Positions 36,701 to 49,249 of a DNA stretch of 64,000 bases are shown here, in pieces. Source of the DNA: Geosiphon pyriformis uo1 (taxonomy: Eukaryota > Fungi > Glomeromycota); assembly GCA_016748015.1 (NCBI GenBank), contig JAAOMT010000620.1, positions 457,391 to 521,390 on the forward strand, in the 5' to 3' direction. The notes beneath the pieces are model-generated. The model was given only the letters and a program-made list of their open reading frames with translations, was not told the origin of the DNA and did not search any database. A program made the translations under genes and the position numbers. Position 1 is the first letter of the stretch; every line of letters starts with the position of its first letter.

Positions 36701-39060
36701 CCAATTGCAAGTTTGACAAGTTTGGTATAATTTGCTTCTTATATTGCTATTTTGTAGTTTTTTACATGTTAAATGACTATAGCTAAGTCTGCTGAAACAT
36801 AAAAACAAACTTTCTTGATTAATTTATCTTTTAATTTGGCTATAAATTAGTCCAAAAATTGAGCATTGAAGTAATATTTATTGGTTTCTAATTGTCAAAT
36901 TTGTCAGAAAAGTTTGTTAAAATTTTCAAAATAGATTATTATAAATTTAGAAAGTTCTTGTTTAATGTTTTGAAATCAGTTTTGAAAAATAATAGAGATG
37001 TTGTTGTTAGTAAATTGTTTCAAAAAAGCATTTTTGAATGTTTGTCAAATTTTAAAGAGTGTGTCTAAGTTTTTAAACTATTCACTTGCAGTTTTTTAAA
37101 AAAAATAAGAAATTGCTTTTAATATTTTTGTTGTATTCTATTTATTCATATCTCTTGCTTTTATGATTTTATCAAGCCATTTTTGTGGGCTGGTGTCTAT
37201 ATTTTTTCTAATAAATTCAGTAATTTTTGCAATGTAGATGGTTATTATGTCTTCAATATCTTTGTTTTTAATGGGTTTTTTTTTTCAAATTTAAAAACAT
37301 TTTTATTATTATTAAAGTAATTATTCTGGTTTTTACTAAAAAATTAAAAAAATTAATACTAGTAAATATTGGTTTTGGCTGTCATGTTGGGCTTTTTAAT
37401 AAAGTAAAGTTTTTTGGTCTTGAAAATTAAATAAAAAGTAAATTAGGTATTTGTAATTGAACAAATAAAATTAGAAATAATGTAATAAAAAATAGTAATT
37501 TAATACTGGTTTTTTGTTTAGGTGTTTACAAGTATTTGGCAGTTTTTTTTGGTACATTGTAAGTTGTTTTCTTTTGTTGATATTTTTAGGCTCTGATTTT
37601 ATGCCTAAAAAAAATTTGGATTATACTAGGTATTTTTTTTTACAATATTAGATGATATTAAAGTTAAGTTCTTAAAAGTAAGTATTAAGTGTTTTACTAT
37701 TAAAGTTTTCTGTTTTTAAGTAAAAATAGTGTAGTAAATTTTTGTAAATATTGTTTTTGACTTCTGAAATATTATAATTTTTAAAAAAATAATTGTTAAT
37801 ACAGTTTTTAATATATTAGTATAATAATTTCTTAAAAACTTTAATTTTATTTTGAATGTTAAATATTTTCTTACAGTAAATGTAAATTAATTGATAGTAT
37901 TCTAAAGTTATTATGTTAGATGTTATTGTTATTTTGAAGTTGTTATTGCTGTGTTATTTTTATAGAAAACACCAAATATTACTAAAGGTTTTTGGTCTCT
38001 TTTTTTAGTTGTTATTAATATTAGTTTACTGTTAATTCAAATTTTATTGAAAGCTATTAAATTTTTAATAACTAAATTTATTTTCAAATTATCTTCTATA
38101 ATTTGAATTGCTAGACTTATATATATAGAATAGCCAATTTTATACCAGTTGCTTTGTATAATTATATTGTAATAAATGGTAAATTTTTTTAAAAAATTGT
38201 TCATTTGAAAACTCACTAAAAAATATGCTATAAAAGTCAACTTTTTTATAGAAATTTTGTCTGTAAACTACTCTAATAATTATAATAAAAAAAAAAAAAG
38301 AAAATAAAAGAAATATAAAAGAATTGGAATTTTGTTAAAAAAATCATTTTCATCCAAATCTAAAATCACTAATAGTTTACTGAAATTGGTAGCTAATCAA
38401 TTTCAAACCATTAGTTGGTTTTTGGAAAATATTAAGTACAATTATTTCAAGAATTGGTTTTTAAAGTATATTTTTATTTTGAATTATACTAATAAGAATA
38501 AATTTAAAATAAAATATCTATAGTAAATATATTTTCTCAAAGAAAAAAGCTCTTTTTTTATATAATCTGTTGTAATATTAGTTTATAAACTTAAATTTTT
38601 TTCTTTGCTATGATTTAAACAAACTAAAAATACATTTTAATAAACTATTATTTATTTTAGTATATTATTTATTATTTTGGTAAATTTCTTATAAATTTTA
38701 GTAAATTTTTAAATATTACATAGTTTGGGTTATTGTGTAATTTAATTATTCTAATTTCTATTGTACAAATCGAATTATTAATTAAATAGTAATATTTAAT
38801 AATTTGATTAAGTAATAAGTAATAATTTAAATAATATTAATATTAGGAATTATAAGAGTAATTTTATGTTAATTAATAACTAAAATTCCATTGGTAATAT
38901 TATTTAATTTACTCACTTATTGTAATTTTCTCTTTGATTAATTTCATTATTCTATAATTTTGTTTTTTTTGCTATTTGTTAGCTTGTTATTCCAACTTAT
39001 AATAATATCAAAAATGCTTTAAATTTTTTTGGTAAAGTTAAAATTTGCTAATTAATAATA
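33730..39060 (-). mobile_element. Second, older dUTPase-bearing Gypsy element (5' LTR, gag, protease, Cys-rich region, dUTPase; 3' part missing)
   Basis: Degenerate PBS/LTR junction TATAGAAAACACCAAA-TATTAC at 37961-37982; gag DTSPQKWLDKIIKA ~37150-37200; protease KPI*LILNNKSTKNII ~35880-35925; dUTPase IDTRYDL..GVIDTEYTRNIIIMLQN..EKIV*AI..RRTQNFGSI ~34240-34620. The LTR right end is approximate. Confidence 0.8.
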
Positions 39061-40709
39061 ATATGTTGTATATTTTAAGTTTTATATATATTTTAATATT
39101 GTTTTAATATGTTAATTAATTTTTGTTAAAAAAATATTTTTAAATTTTTTTTTAATTAAAAAAAAATTATTGTTTTAAAAATATTTTTAAAGTCAGATTA
39201 GTCATTTTTTTAATTGTATTGTTTTTAAGTAAATAATTATATATGATTTATTTTTTGGTTCTTAAATTTTACTTAATAATTAAAATATATTATTGTTATT
39301 TTTAATTTTAAAAAAATTTAAATACTATCATAATTAAAAATAATATTTTAAAAAAACATTATGTTTAATAAAAAACTTTTGATTAAATTATTTTTGCTAA
39401 TTAAATTTATTGATTTTTTAATTGTTATTATTATAATATTAATAAGTATTTTATTTGCTAAAAATTTTAAAATAAAAAATTATTATTATGAAAAACAGAT
39501 TAAAAAAATGATTAATCTTAAAGTAAAATAAAATATAAGTTGTTTATATAATAATAATATAAATATTAATAAAAACTTTATTAAAATAATGGTTTTTTAA
39601 AAGTTTTAAACATTAAATATTAAGTTTAATATTAATATAACTATTAAATAAATAACTGATTTGATTTTTAATAAAAATAATTTAATTGTAATTATGCATA
39701 AAATAATTTTTTGAATAAGTTTTTTTTTATTAATTCAATATAGTTTGAACTGACTTAAATAATAAAAAATGCATAAGTTATATTTATTTTAAACTTTATT
39801 ATAAATATATTATAATACATAATAATTAAATATTACATTAATTAAAACATGTCAATATTCTTATTAAAATAATATTTTAATTATTATTTTATAATTTATG
39901 TTAAAAATTTAAAAATTTAAAAAACTTTAATCTTAATAATTGATTTGTTTTGAATTGGATTTTTTTAATTGTTTTAACAATATAATCTAATTTAGTTTTT
40001 TTAATTTGGATTTATTGTAAAATTTATTATTAAAATTACGCTTAATTTTTTTATTAATAAATTTTAAAAATGAACATTTAATTTTAGAAATTTAAAATAT
40101 TTTAATAAAATAATTAATATTTAATTTATTTGTAATAATAATTTTTATAAAATTTTAATTAAAGTTTATAATATTTGTATTTTGTATAATTAATAATAAT
40201 ATTAAAATAATTTTTTGATTTTTGCAATATTTGCAGTTTTAAAAACCATTTTTTCACAATTGTTATAAATACCAATTTTTAAAAAAATTGTTTTTATTAT
40301 TAAAGTTAATAAATTTATTAATCAACTAATATTATTTTTTTAATTAAACTTGTATAAAATTAATAATTTATTTAATAAGACTTTTTAAAGAAATCATTTA
40401 AAAAAATCCTAATTTTTATTTAAAATTAAATTACAAAATAAATTGTATTTATAATTAAAATATGCATCATAATTAATTTACTTAATCAAATATTTTAAAA
40501 TTGAACATTTAAGTTAATTTAAATTATAATCTTTTAGGAAAATTTTAATTGAATAAAATCTTTTTATATAAGTAGCAAACAGATTACACTTATCGGGATT
40601 GAATTTATTTAATTTAGAATCTGTAAATATGCATTGATGAGTCATAAGTTGTTTGAAATAAATTTGCAGAAATCTCTACTTTCGAAACCAAATTCCTTTT
40701 ATTCACAAC

Positions 40710-41582
40710 ATGGCCTCCTTTACTCCCGACAATCCAGCCGACCAAGAGCTTTACGATGAACGCTTTTATCAAGAACCTAAATATACTAGCAATTATGATC
40801 CCGATGCAGCTGTCGTTAAAGACTTTTTGGGTAGCGCAAATCTCGGTTCCGCCCGCTTACGAGAAATGGCGGGACTCGGTGGTGGAGTAGAATTCTTACC
40901 GATTGAAGAACAACAAGTCACTCGAGGAGCTATTCCAAGTAGAGGAGTTCTAGACGATCTTTGCTATGGGACAGGAACTACATATATGACCGGTACGGCC
41001 TTGAGCAAACTTGGCAATCTGTTTTTTCCCTTAGCCCGCCAGTTTGAAAATTCAAAACCTAAAAACCAAACTTTCATTCTAGGCCTATCTTTTGGTGGTG
41101 CATGGGGTTTAATTGAAGGTTTTCGTGGTCATAGTCCAAATTTTAAACTTCGTCTTAATACTATACTGAATTCCGTAACCCGACGTGGGCCCTTTGTGGG
41201 TAATTCATGTGGGGTTCTAGGTAATGAGGATATTTTATCTTATTTTTGGTTGTTTTATTTCAGAATACCATTTAATCAAATTATATGATTTTTGTATAAC
41301 AGCAATGGGTTATAATTCTATTAATGGCATTATCGGTAATTTGAGAGGGCAGCGTGATATTTTAAATGAAATTGGTTCAGGGGCACTGGTAGGAGCTATT
41401 TTCAAATCAACAGGTAACCTTCATTTTGTTTAAACTTTTAATATATTAAGATTATTATTTACTAAATGAAATTGCTTACATTAAATTTAGCTGGGATAAG
41501 AGCTGCCTCTGCCGCCTCTTTAATATGTGCAAGTGCAGCGGGAACATGGGCATTCGCAAAGCGCTACTACTTTAAATATTAA
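40710..41582 (+). CDS. TIM23: Mitochondrial inner-membrane translocase subunit Tim23, ~207 aa; exons 40710-40992, 41083-41220, 41303-41413, 41491-41582
   Basis: PSRGVLDDLCYGTGTTY, GGAWGLIEG, KLRLNTILNSVTRRGPFVGNSCGVLA, GAIFKSTAGIR; canonical introns give 624 nt. Confidence 0.95.
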
Positions 41583-42116
41583 GCAGTTTTGCTTCTATCC
41601 GTAAAGGCTAGACTTAATGAATATAGGAAATTGACGCGCGAGGGAATATATTTTGGTAGGTAATAAAATTTGTCTTTATGTTAATATAATATTTTATAGT
41701 TAATTTTTGGGTTGGGAATTTCTGAGAATGCTAAATGCACCTGTCCAGTGTTTAAGCCAAGTCTAACCAGAATCGTGGGTCATTATGTGAAGCCTTTTAA
41801 TTCTGGATAGCTATGGCGAGATAAAATATCAGATATCAACAACATTGTTGTTTGATTTTTCAATGACGAAGGTACAGGGCCCGATCTCAAAAGCTGTTGA
41901 GTTGCTCTGGGTAGTATTTACTTTCACATATTTGAATGGTCTAATCAATTAATTTATACGGGGGGCGAAAATGTGAAGGGGAAGGGTAGTCTTTTTTGTT
42001 TAATTAGTAGGGGGTACGGTAGAAGAGATTGAGCAAACTTAGCTGACATCGTCCATTTTTTCAGACAGCATGCGATATTAAGACTACAATTTTCCTTTAG
42101 AGAATGAAATCTTATA

Positions 42117-43292
42117 TTACATCAGGGTACATTTGTCTAAATCGCCAGGGGAGAATTTTGGAACCCCTTGCTCATCTAGTTCCATATCTGGCGCCAATTC
42201 AGCGAGTATTTCAGAGGGTGGCTGACCAAAATCTTGCAACTATGAGAGAAAAAGTAGGGTAATCTATGAACTAATTACACAATTAAATCTTAATATTATA
42301 TTCATACCTTTTGCATTAAATCAAGTATCTTCTTATTGTGTTGCTCGTTGTTTTCTTGATAATCCGGTGCCTCGTAGAATGCCACGATTTTTTGAACATA
42401 TTCCGATTGATTTCGGAATCTTTCATACTCTTCCCGGGAAACTTTCTCCTTGTTTTCCTCGAGCCACTTCGGATACTTAATAATGAGGCCACCATTACAA
42501 TGGTAACGGGATTTATGGATAATACCTTTTCTAATTAATAAAGGGAAGATACTGAAGAGATTTTAAGAAGGCTTTCACATACCCTTGTTGCTAAATCTTT
42601 TATAGGTTCATATAGAATATCCTTTGAAGTAAATTGTTCCATCATTCCGTCAAAGGCATTTTGAAATTCTGCGTTGTCTGCTAAGTTCTCCATTTGTTTC
42701 ATCATTTCGGCTAGAAATTCTTCGTTGGCTTCTTCTGAGATTTCAGCCTAGTTAGATTTAATCATCAGAAACAATAGAAATGATGAAAAGCTCTCAATTC
42801 ATCGTTATTACTTACATCAACCTGATCCGAACTTTTTTGTAGTTTATTTATTGTTTGATTTATTTGTTCTTGAAAAGATTTTTTATTGCTACCCTCTTCG
42901 GTATGAAGCGACCCGTCGAAATCACTTTCTCCACTCTTCAAAAGTGCTTCAAAAGTTTCCCTTAATTCGTTGATATCTCCAAGACCATTTACAAGCGCTT
43001 CCATGTTAGCACTCAGTTGATCCACAAATTCCTCATTAGACCCATTTGAGGACTCTTGATCTGTAGAAGAACTTGGGTTGCTAGGAACGGGGGGAGTCGT
43101 AAAAGAAGTTGATTCAGAAGTTGAGCTGGATACTGTAGAAAAGTTGTCTAGAACATCTAAAAAGCAAGAAAATTGTTAATTGATGGTTTACTATTAATGA
43201 TCTCGGAGGGACTCCGAATACTAACTGTCAAGGAGGTCATCAAGGTCTTCATCGTCTTCCACAACTGTACATCTCTTATTGGGGGCTGCCAT
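42117..43292 (-). CDS. PEX19: Peroxin Pex19; exons 43292-43226, 43156-42816, 42747-42583, 42475-42308, 42239-42117
   Basis: N-terminal [51 protein letters not shown]; C-terminal CaaX box CTLM. Confidence 0.96.
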
Positions 43293-43854
43293 TCTAAAAG
43301 TTTTGTGGAGTTAATTCTAAAAAAAAAGCATAGAACAAGAAAGTAATCTTAATGATAAATTTTACCTGCTCAACTACATTTATATAATTCAATCGCATCC
43401 TTGATCTGTGTAACAATATATATTTTATTTTACTATACGTAGCATTGAGGGATATTTTAAGAGAAATCTTTTAATTGAAATCCATCTCAAGGAATGATAG
43501 CATTGCGGGAAAATGTTCTGGATTAGATGCAACCGTTTGATTTTGTCAACAAGTAAATCTCCATTTTATTACTTGAATTTTGACTGGTACGGATTTGCCC
43601 AATCGGAACCAAACCCAATAATAGCTATAATGTGAAAAATGTTTATCTAACGTCTTAAATTAAAGATCCTAATCGAGGTAGAATTTTATCCCTCACAGAT
43701 CAGATTCGATGTTACTAGCTACTATGTGTGATAAATATATACATAGGTCGATTTGATGTGATCCGACATTAAAGTGTTATGATACATAGAACGCGGTGTC
43801 GGTACCGTAAAAGTCTCGCTTGCCATCAATGCTAGGGTGGCTGCTTCGTTGTAA

Positions 43855-46537
43855 TCATTCAGATGGTGTTAAAAAACAATGGTAGGCATCAGTTAAATTT
43901 TTTATAAACCTTTGTAATAAATCATTATTTCCATTTTCGAATGGCTGGATATTTTCATGGAAATAATCCAAAATTATGGTCAACGCAGAGAGGTTAATTT
44001 TCGCGTTGGCTTGTCTACAATAAAAAGAAAAGATATTAAATCCGTTTATCAAACTAAAACTGCATAATTTTACAAAACGGTGAAAATACAAACTGCGGTG
44101 TATTTTTTGAAACATTGCACGGCGATACACAATATTTCACCTGTTGGGGTATTCGAGATGAAATAAATTATCGGGTATTTCTATTCATTAAAAAAATGAA
44201 CATCCCAAATATCTAACCACATACCATTGCGTCCATCAGAGAGAATGAGTTTGATTTTGGCCAAAAGCCTAGGACAATGTCAACTAACATAGGATTTTCA
44301 TCGAATTTCCTTTTGTGATTATCAAGATAAGCGACTATTACTTCGTTTCGAGACTCTTGGGACTTGTAATTGGTGAAGCATTCTGGAAAGGAAATTAACT
44401 CATAAGTAAATAACCAGAAGATTATAAATACAAGAGCTTATTAGTAATTCACGAACCTCGAAGAAACACGATTATATCGGCCACTATGTTGGTCAGATTC
44501 AGGACTATAGCATCATCACGAGGACAAATTAACCAGACAAAATAATTGATAGGGGCTTCAAGCTATGGAAATTTCCATTAAGACAACAAAGATTGAACCA
44601 TGCTGAGATAGGACGGCCTTCCAGGTGTAAAAATAAACTACCGCTTTGAGGCTTACAAGATAAAGCTCATAACTGAGGTTTACGAGAAATGGTAATACTT
44701 GAAATTATTAAAGTGATTTTTTCCTACTTACTTGCTTGATATTTGGATATTTATCCTGATCAAAAATTGCCGCAATAATCCAATGCCGCCATTTTGAAAA
44801 AGATAGTAGCAATATCCATACTTGTTTACGACGCCATTCATAGTCAACTGGCAATCCTTCCAGAAGCAATTTACGGCGAGCCAGATTAACCTCGACAAAA
44901 GATTCTGGACCAGCAATAACACTGTTAAGAATTGAAACTAAAAACTGAAAAGGTTGCCACAGATACTGGAAAAAGAATCTAAATTTAAATTAAATTTTAT
45001 TGAGGACAAATTGAGCGAACATTAGTTAACTTACTAGGGTGATATCTGCTGATATATCAACAATTTGCTCAAGCACGGATTGTGTAAAGTATGTCACTAA
45101 ACGAAGAATTCGCCAATCAGGAGTATCATCTATAAACTCGACAAAGACATCAATGCAACGAAGAAATATTCGAGAGCACATGAAAATGTGTTGAAATAAT
45201 TGTCCTTGTCGAAATAAAGCTTTTATATTCGTAGGTGATGTGTATTTATCAATGGGAAATAATAGTTGACCAAATAGTGTCATGACCTATAATAAAGTTC
45301 ATGAATTATTTTATAGTAGTCAACTAATTTTACAATACTAACAAATACTTACCTCATGTTCAACAACAAAGGGAAAGCAGGCCGACAGACTTTATATCGT
45401 GGTGAATATATGTTTAGCAAAATGAAAAGTTTAATAAGATATTTTAAGCAAAAGATACTAAAAACCTTAATATTCACACTGACCCTAGCTTCGATTCATT
45501 ACTAAGTTTTTGATGAAATTTGGAATTACAAAAAACGAGATTTTCCACAAAAAGAGCCGATAGATATTCATTCGAATCCCCTTTTGTCCCAGTACGTATG
45601 ATTTGATCAATCATATTTAAAGCATTCATATCCCCCAGTAAAGGAATACACTGTTCGGATAAAATTTTAATGGAATCTGCCTAAAAATCAGGAAATGGTT
45701 AATGAAATTTGGTTAAGAGAAAAAATGCCTAGAAAAACTTTACCGGGAGTAGTATGGATTGATTCTGGAGTGCCTCCAAACATTGAGTAATAATGCTGAT
45801 AGAACCCTCAGCTAAAGCCCGGTTGTTGCTGTAAGAATCGGTCAAACAAAAATCTTGAATTTTCCACACAGTCTGATTGCTCACAGGAATATTACGGCAT
45901 AAAAATAGCGATCGCAATTGGCGGAAACACCAATCATTTGATCTAAACTCCGATGAGTTCCAAAAAAGCATTTATATTCTGGTTAGACATAAGAAGACGT
46001 AAAAATCCGAAGGAAGCGAAATCAACAAACTTGGGTAAAATTTTGCAGGATTCAATGGAAAAATTATTAAAGATCTTGGAAAATTCGACTAGGCATTTAA
46101 CAATCAATTGGGAACTTGTTGGATGAAGGATAAAAATTCTGTTTCGCTAAATTTTTGATTTTGATTTTAGAAAAATAGGAAATGGTATAAACGTCATAAT
46201 ATAGATTGAATATCGAAATGACAAAGTACCGCTAACTCTGACAATAATCGGGCACCTTTGGGAAACATCCTTGCACATTCCTGAGCACTAGTACAGATTG
46301 AGAGTTGCTAAGGGATGTTTAATGAAATTAGTGAGCAAAATAAAGGTAACTTTTTTCAGCTCGGGAGTAAAGAGTTTTGAAACTTACCTCGTGAAACTCA
46401 TCTAAGAAGGAATTCACCTTATCAAAATTTTGTATTATATCTACGATTTCGGCGGTCTTTTCGTCTTTAGACCTTTTTGGGGCTGTTGCTTTAACCCGCC
46501 ACTTTGAGACCAGTTCTATGACCCCATCCCATTCCAT
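43855..46537 (-). CDS. FANCC: FANCC-like alpha-helical protein, ~577 aa; exons 46537-46388, 46307-46230, 46146-46031, 45942-45744, 45680-45484, 45389-45353, 45286-45035, 44965-44732, 44562-44457, 44382-44225, 44140-44094, 44014-43855
   Basis: Eleven GT-AG introns give a stop-free 1734-nt frame. Colinear blocks resemble human FANCC as recalled from memory (details in findings). The gene model is firmer than the family assignment. Confidence 0.72.
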
Positions 46538-46654
46538 TTGAACATTTTTATCTTGGGCTCAAACGTTTATATGTTATAAGGAATTCGCTGAGTCTACAGG
46601 ATAACAATAATAATCGTGAAGGAAACGAATTTTGTAAAATTCAGGAAGCTGCCC

Positions 46655-46800
46655 ATCGCGAGATTTCAATCACGTGAATCACCCACTAGAATATTCAAGG
46701 AATCACACACAGTCTCTTTTTGTTTAAGGTATTGTGACGAATAGAGTATTGTGGCAAAGTTAGCAAAATAAATTCGCGTGCGAAAATAAGACGCGTGAAA
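46655..46800 (-). promoter_or_regulatory. Cluster of CGCG-core (MCB/E2F-like) sites upstream of the FANCC-like gene
   Basis: ACGCGT at 46791-46796, ACGCGAA (minus strand) at 46773-46779, TCGCGA at 46656-46661, plus CACGTG at 46671-46676, in a CpG-poor background. Confidence 0.4.
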
Positions 46801-47800
46801 GTATGTCATTTTCTCACTTGTGAACAAATGGCATTTTTTATACTCTTTATCACAACCCATCACAAATAATTAATTGAGTTATGCAAAAAAAAAAATATGG
46901 TTTCAAGTAGATTTATTCTTTGAATATTAAATATATATATATATATATCTATCAATCTATCTTTGATTTTCATTTTTATTATTATTATAAAAAAATGCTT
47001 TCTCGCAATAGATTGTAAATTAAAATATTAAAATATATTGTTTTAAATAAAAAAATAAAAGATTTAAAAAAATTACTTAAATAAATATATATATATATAT
47101 ATAATTATTTTATAAGATTACATATTTTATAATTAAATCTTAAATTTATTTATTTTATTATTTAAATTTATTCAAAAACAGTAGCTAAATTCCATTCAAA
47201 AAATATTTAAAGACTACATTAAAAAAATAAATATTATGATAAAAATTGAATTATCAATTCTTTTCCTTTCCAACAGTATTATAAATTATTTTAATGGTAC
47301 ATCTTTTCAAATTTGTTTATTTAATATATGCAATAAGTTCTATTCTTTCAATATTTAGAGCCTGTTCATTTATTTATTTATTTATTAATTTTTAACCACA
47401 AAGATTCTCAGGATTTCGAATATCTAATTTTAGAAATTCTATTAACAAAATATGAAGGTTTTAAAAACTGACTTTTTAAGTTGTGGGTTCAAGTGTATTG
47501 CTCTAATTCCGATTATATGTCTCTCGACTCTTCAAATTACCTGAAACCTTAAAATCAAAGAGGAATAATCAACTTTTAGCAGAATAATTTTACCTCAAAC
47601 TTTAAGAGATAAAATGAGTAGATTAAGAAAAGCAATTTGGTTAATTCAAATTTATATGATGTTTGGAATAGAAAAAATTAAGTTACATACAATCTTCAAT
47701 GAAAATAGAAGTTAGGAAAAAATTCCATTTTCACTTAATCTTAGTTTTTCTTATCTATACTACTATACAATCTATAGTCAATCCCAACTTGTTTATTAAT

Positions 47801-48769
47801 TTAGCTAAATACTCTTCCAACACCACTTGAAAATAGCTTTCCTACCCATCCGACATTCTGTGATGCAAAACCAGTGGCCCATTTTCGTTTTGCGTCCTTA
47901 TCACATTGAGTGTAACCTAAGACGTTGGCGAAGTTCAAGGTCAAGGCAACTGCAACTATCAATAACCATTTTGTGTCAAACCGAATGAGTGAAAGAAATC
48001 CACAGATGGCCCATAGTACGAAAGTTACATATAATGAAATCCAAAATATTCGTGAATCTGTGGGATTCACTGGACGTGATGGCTTGGAAAAGACAAAGAA
48101 ATCCTCATTAGAATGATAAATGAAGCATGAAAACAAAAAATAACGGTCATAATTTAAACTCACATCACGACTCTCAAACATCCAAACATTTTTACCGTCT
48201 TCTTGAATATCATTCCACCACCTCAATCCCACCAATAATCGTCCAGTAACGTTTTTAACTGTCCAAAAGTCAAAGGATAATAATAATACGCATGTGATAA
48301 AAATGAAAGGGAAATTACTAATGAAGAGACTCCCAAACAAATATACTAATAGTGCAGCACTACGAAAAAATAGATGAAACCCTAGGGCCACGGGATGGCT
48401 GAATCAAAAAGCTTGTTAGCCGAGCCAAGAAAAGCAGACTTCCAAAAAAAACCTCCAAGAGCTTTAGTTTCAGGAAACAAAAACCTAGACTGTTTCCAGA
48501 TGCTTTGATTACTATTACTTTGAGTATCACCAAAGCTACTGTTTGTGCCTCCTCCAGAGGGTGCTTCAATGTCACCTTCAATCCTAGCGAAGGGTCCAGC
48601 TTGTGAGAGAAGATTTGCTGTAGATTCCTATCATGTTGTAGTTTATTTAGCATCCAATAGAAGAGTCTAATGAATAAAGATAAAAATATATAATACACGC
48701 CATTTCACCCTCAGCTTTAGGTGCCTCAACGTTTACGGTTGTTGAAAAAGTTTGTTCTAGTTTAGACAT
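47801..48769 (-). CDS. TVP23: Golgi membrane protein Tvp23 (DUF846/FAM18); exons 48769 (or 48703)-48701, 48627-48485, 48398-48164, 48082-47801
   Basis: SHPVALGFHLFFR, LLLSFDFWTVKNVTGRLLVGLRWWN, WMFESRD, DSRIFW, NVLGYTQCDKDAK. The first exon requires a GC donor, and the start codon choice is uncertain. Confidence 0.93.
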
Positions 48770-49215
48770 TTCTGAAATTTTTTGATTTCTACGATTTTAA
48801 ACTGGTTATCCTATAAATAAAATTTTCTTTAACAATGACATAATCAAAAAATTAATTCGAAACCAAAAATATTCCGATATTGAAAAATAATAAAAATTTA
48901 ATAAATAACACAAATAATTTTTATATTTCAAATATTTCAAATATTTTTAAATTTCTTATTATAATATTAATTTTTGTTATTTAAACATTTAAAAATAATA
49001 ATACAACTTTGACATTAAATTTTTTTTTAAAAACAAAAAATCATAACAAAATTAACAATCATAACAGTAGCAAGTTTTTCTTTTTAAAACAACAATTTTG
49101 TATTTTTTGAGAACTTTTATACTGTAAATTATCCAATTTACTAATTTTAAAAAAAAACAATTAATTTCAATCGGGCTATAAACAATAAACACTATTTTCA
49201 ATTTAGATAACAAAA

Positions 49216-49249
<34 letters not shown>

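Noticed and set aside
36251-38523. Short I/K/N/F-rich ORFs (also 18393-19010 minus strand and 49792-49989)
   Set aside because: Chance frames in AT-eroded transposon relics.
43500-43910. Alternative spliced C-terminus for the FANCC-like gene (possible donor near 43909)
   Set aside because: The unspliced frame supplies the helix matching the FANCC C-terminus; no evidence favours the alternative.
46666-46863. 65-aa ORF upstream of the FANCC-like gene
   Set aside because: No motif and no splice link found; it overlaps the probable promoter.
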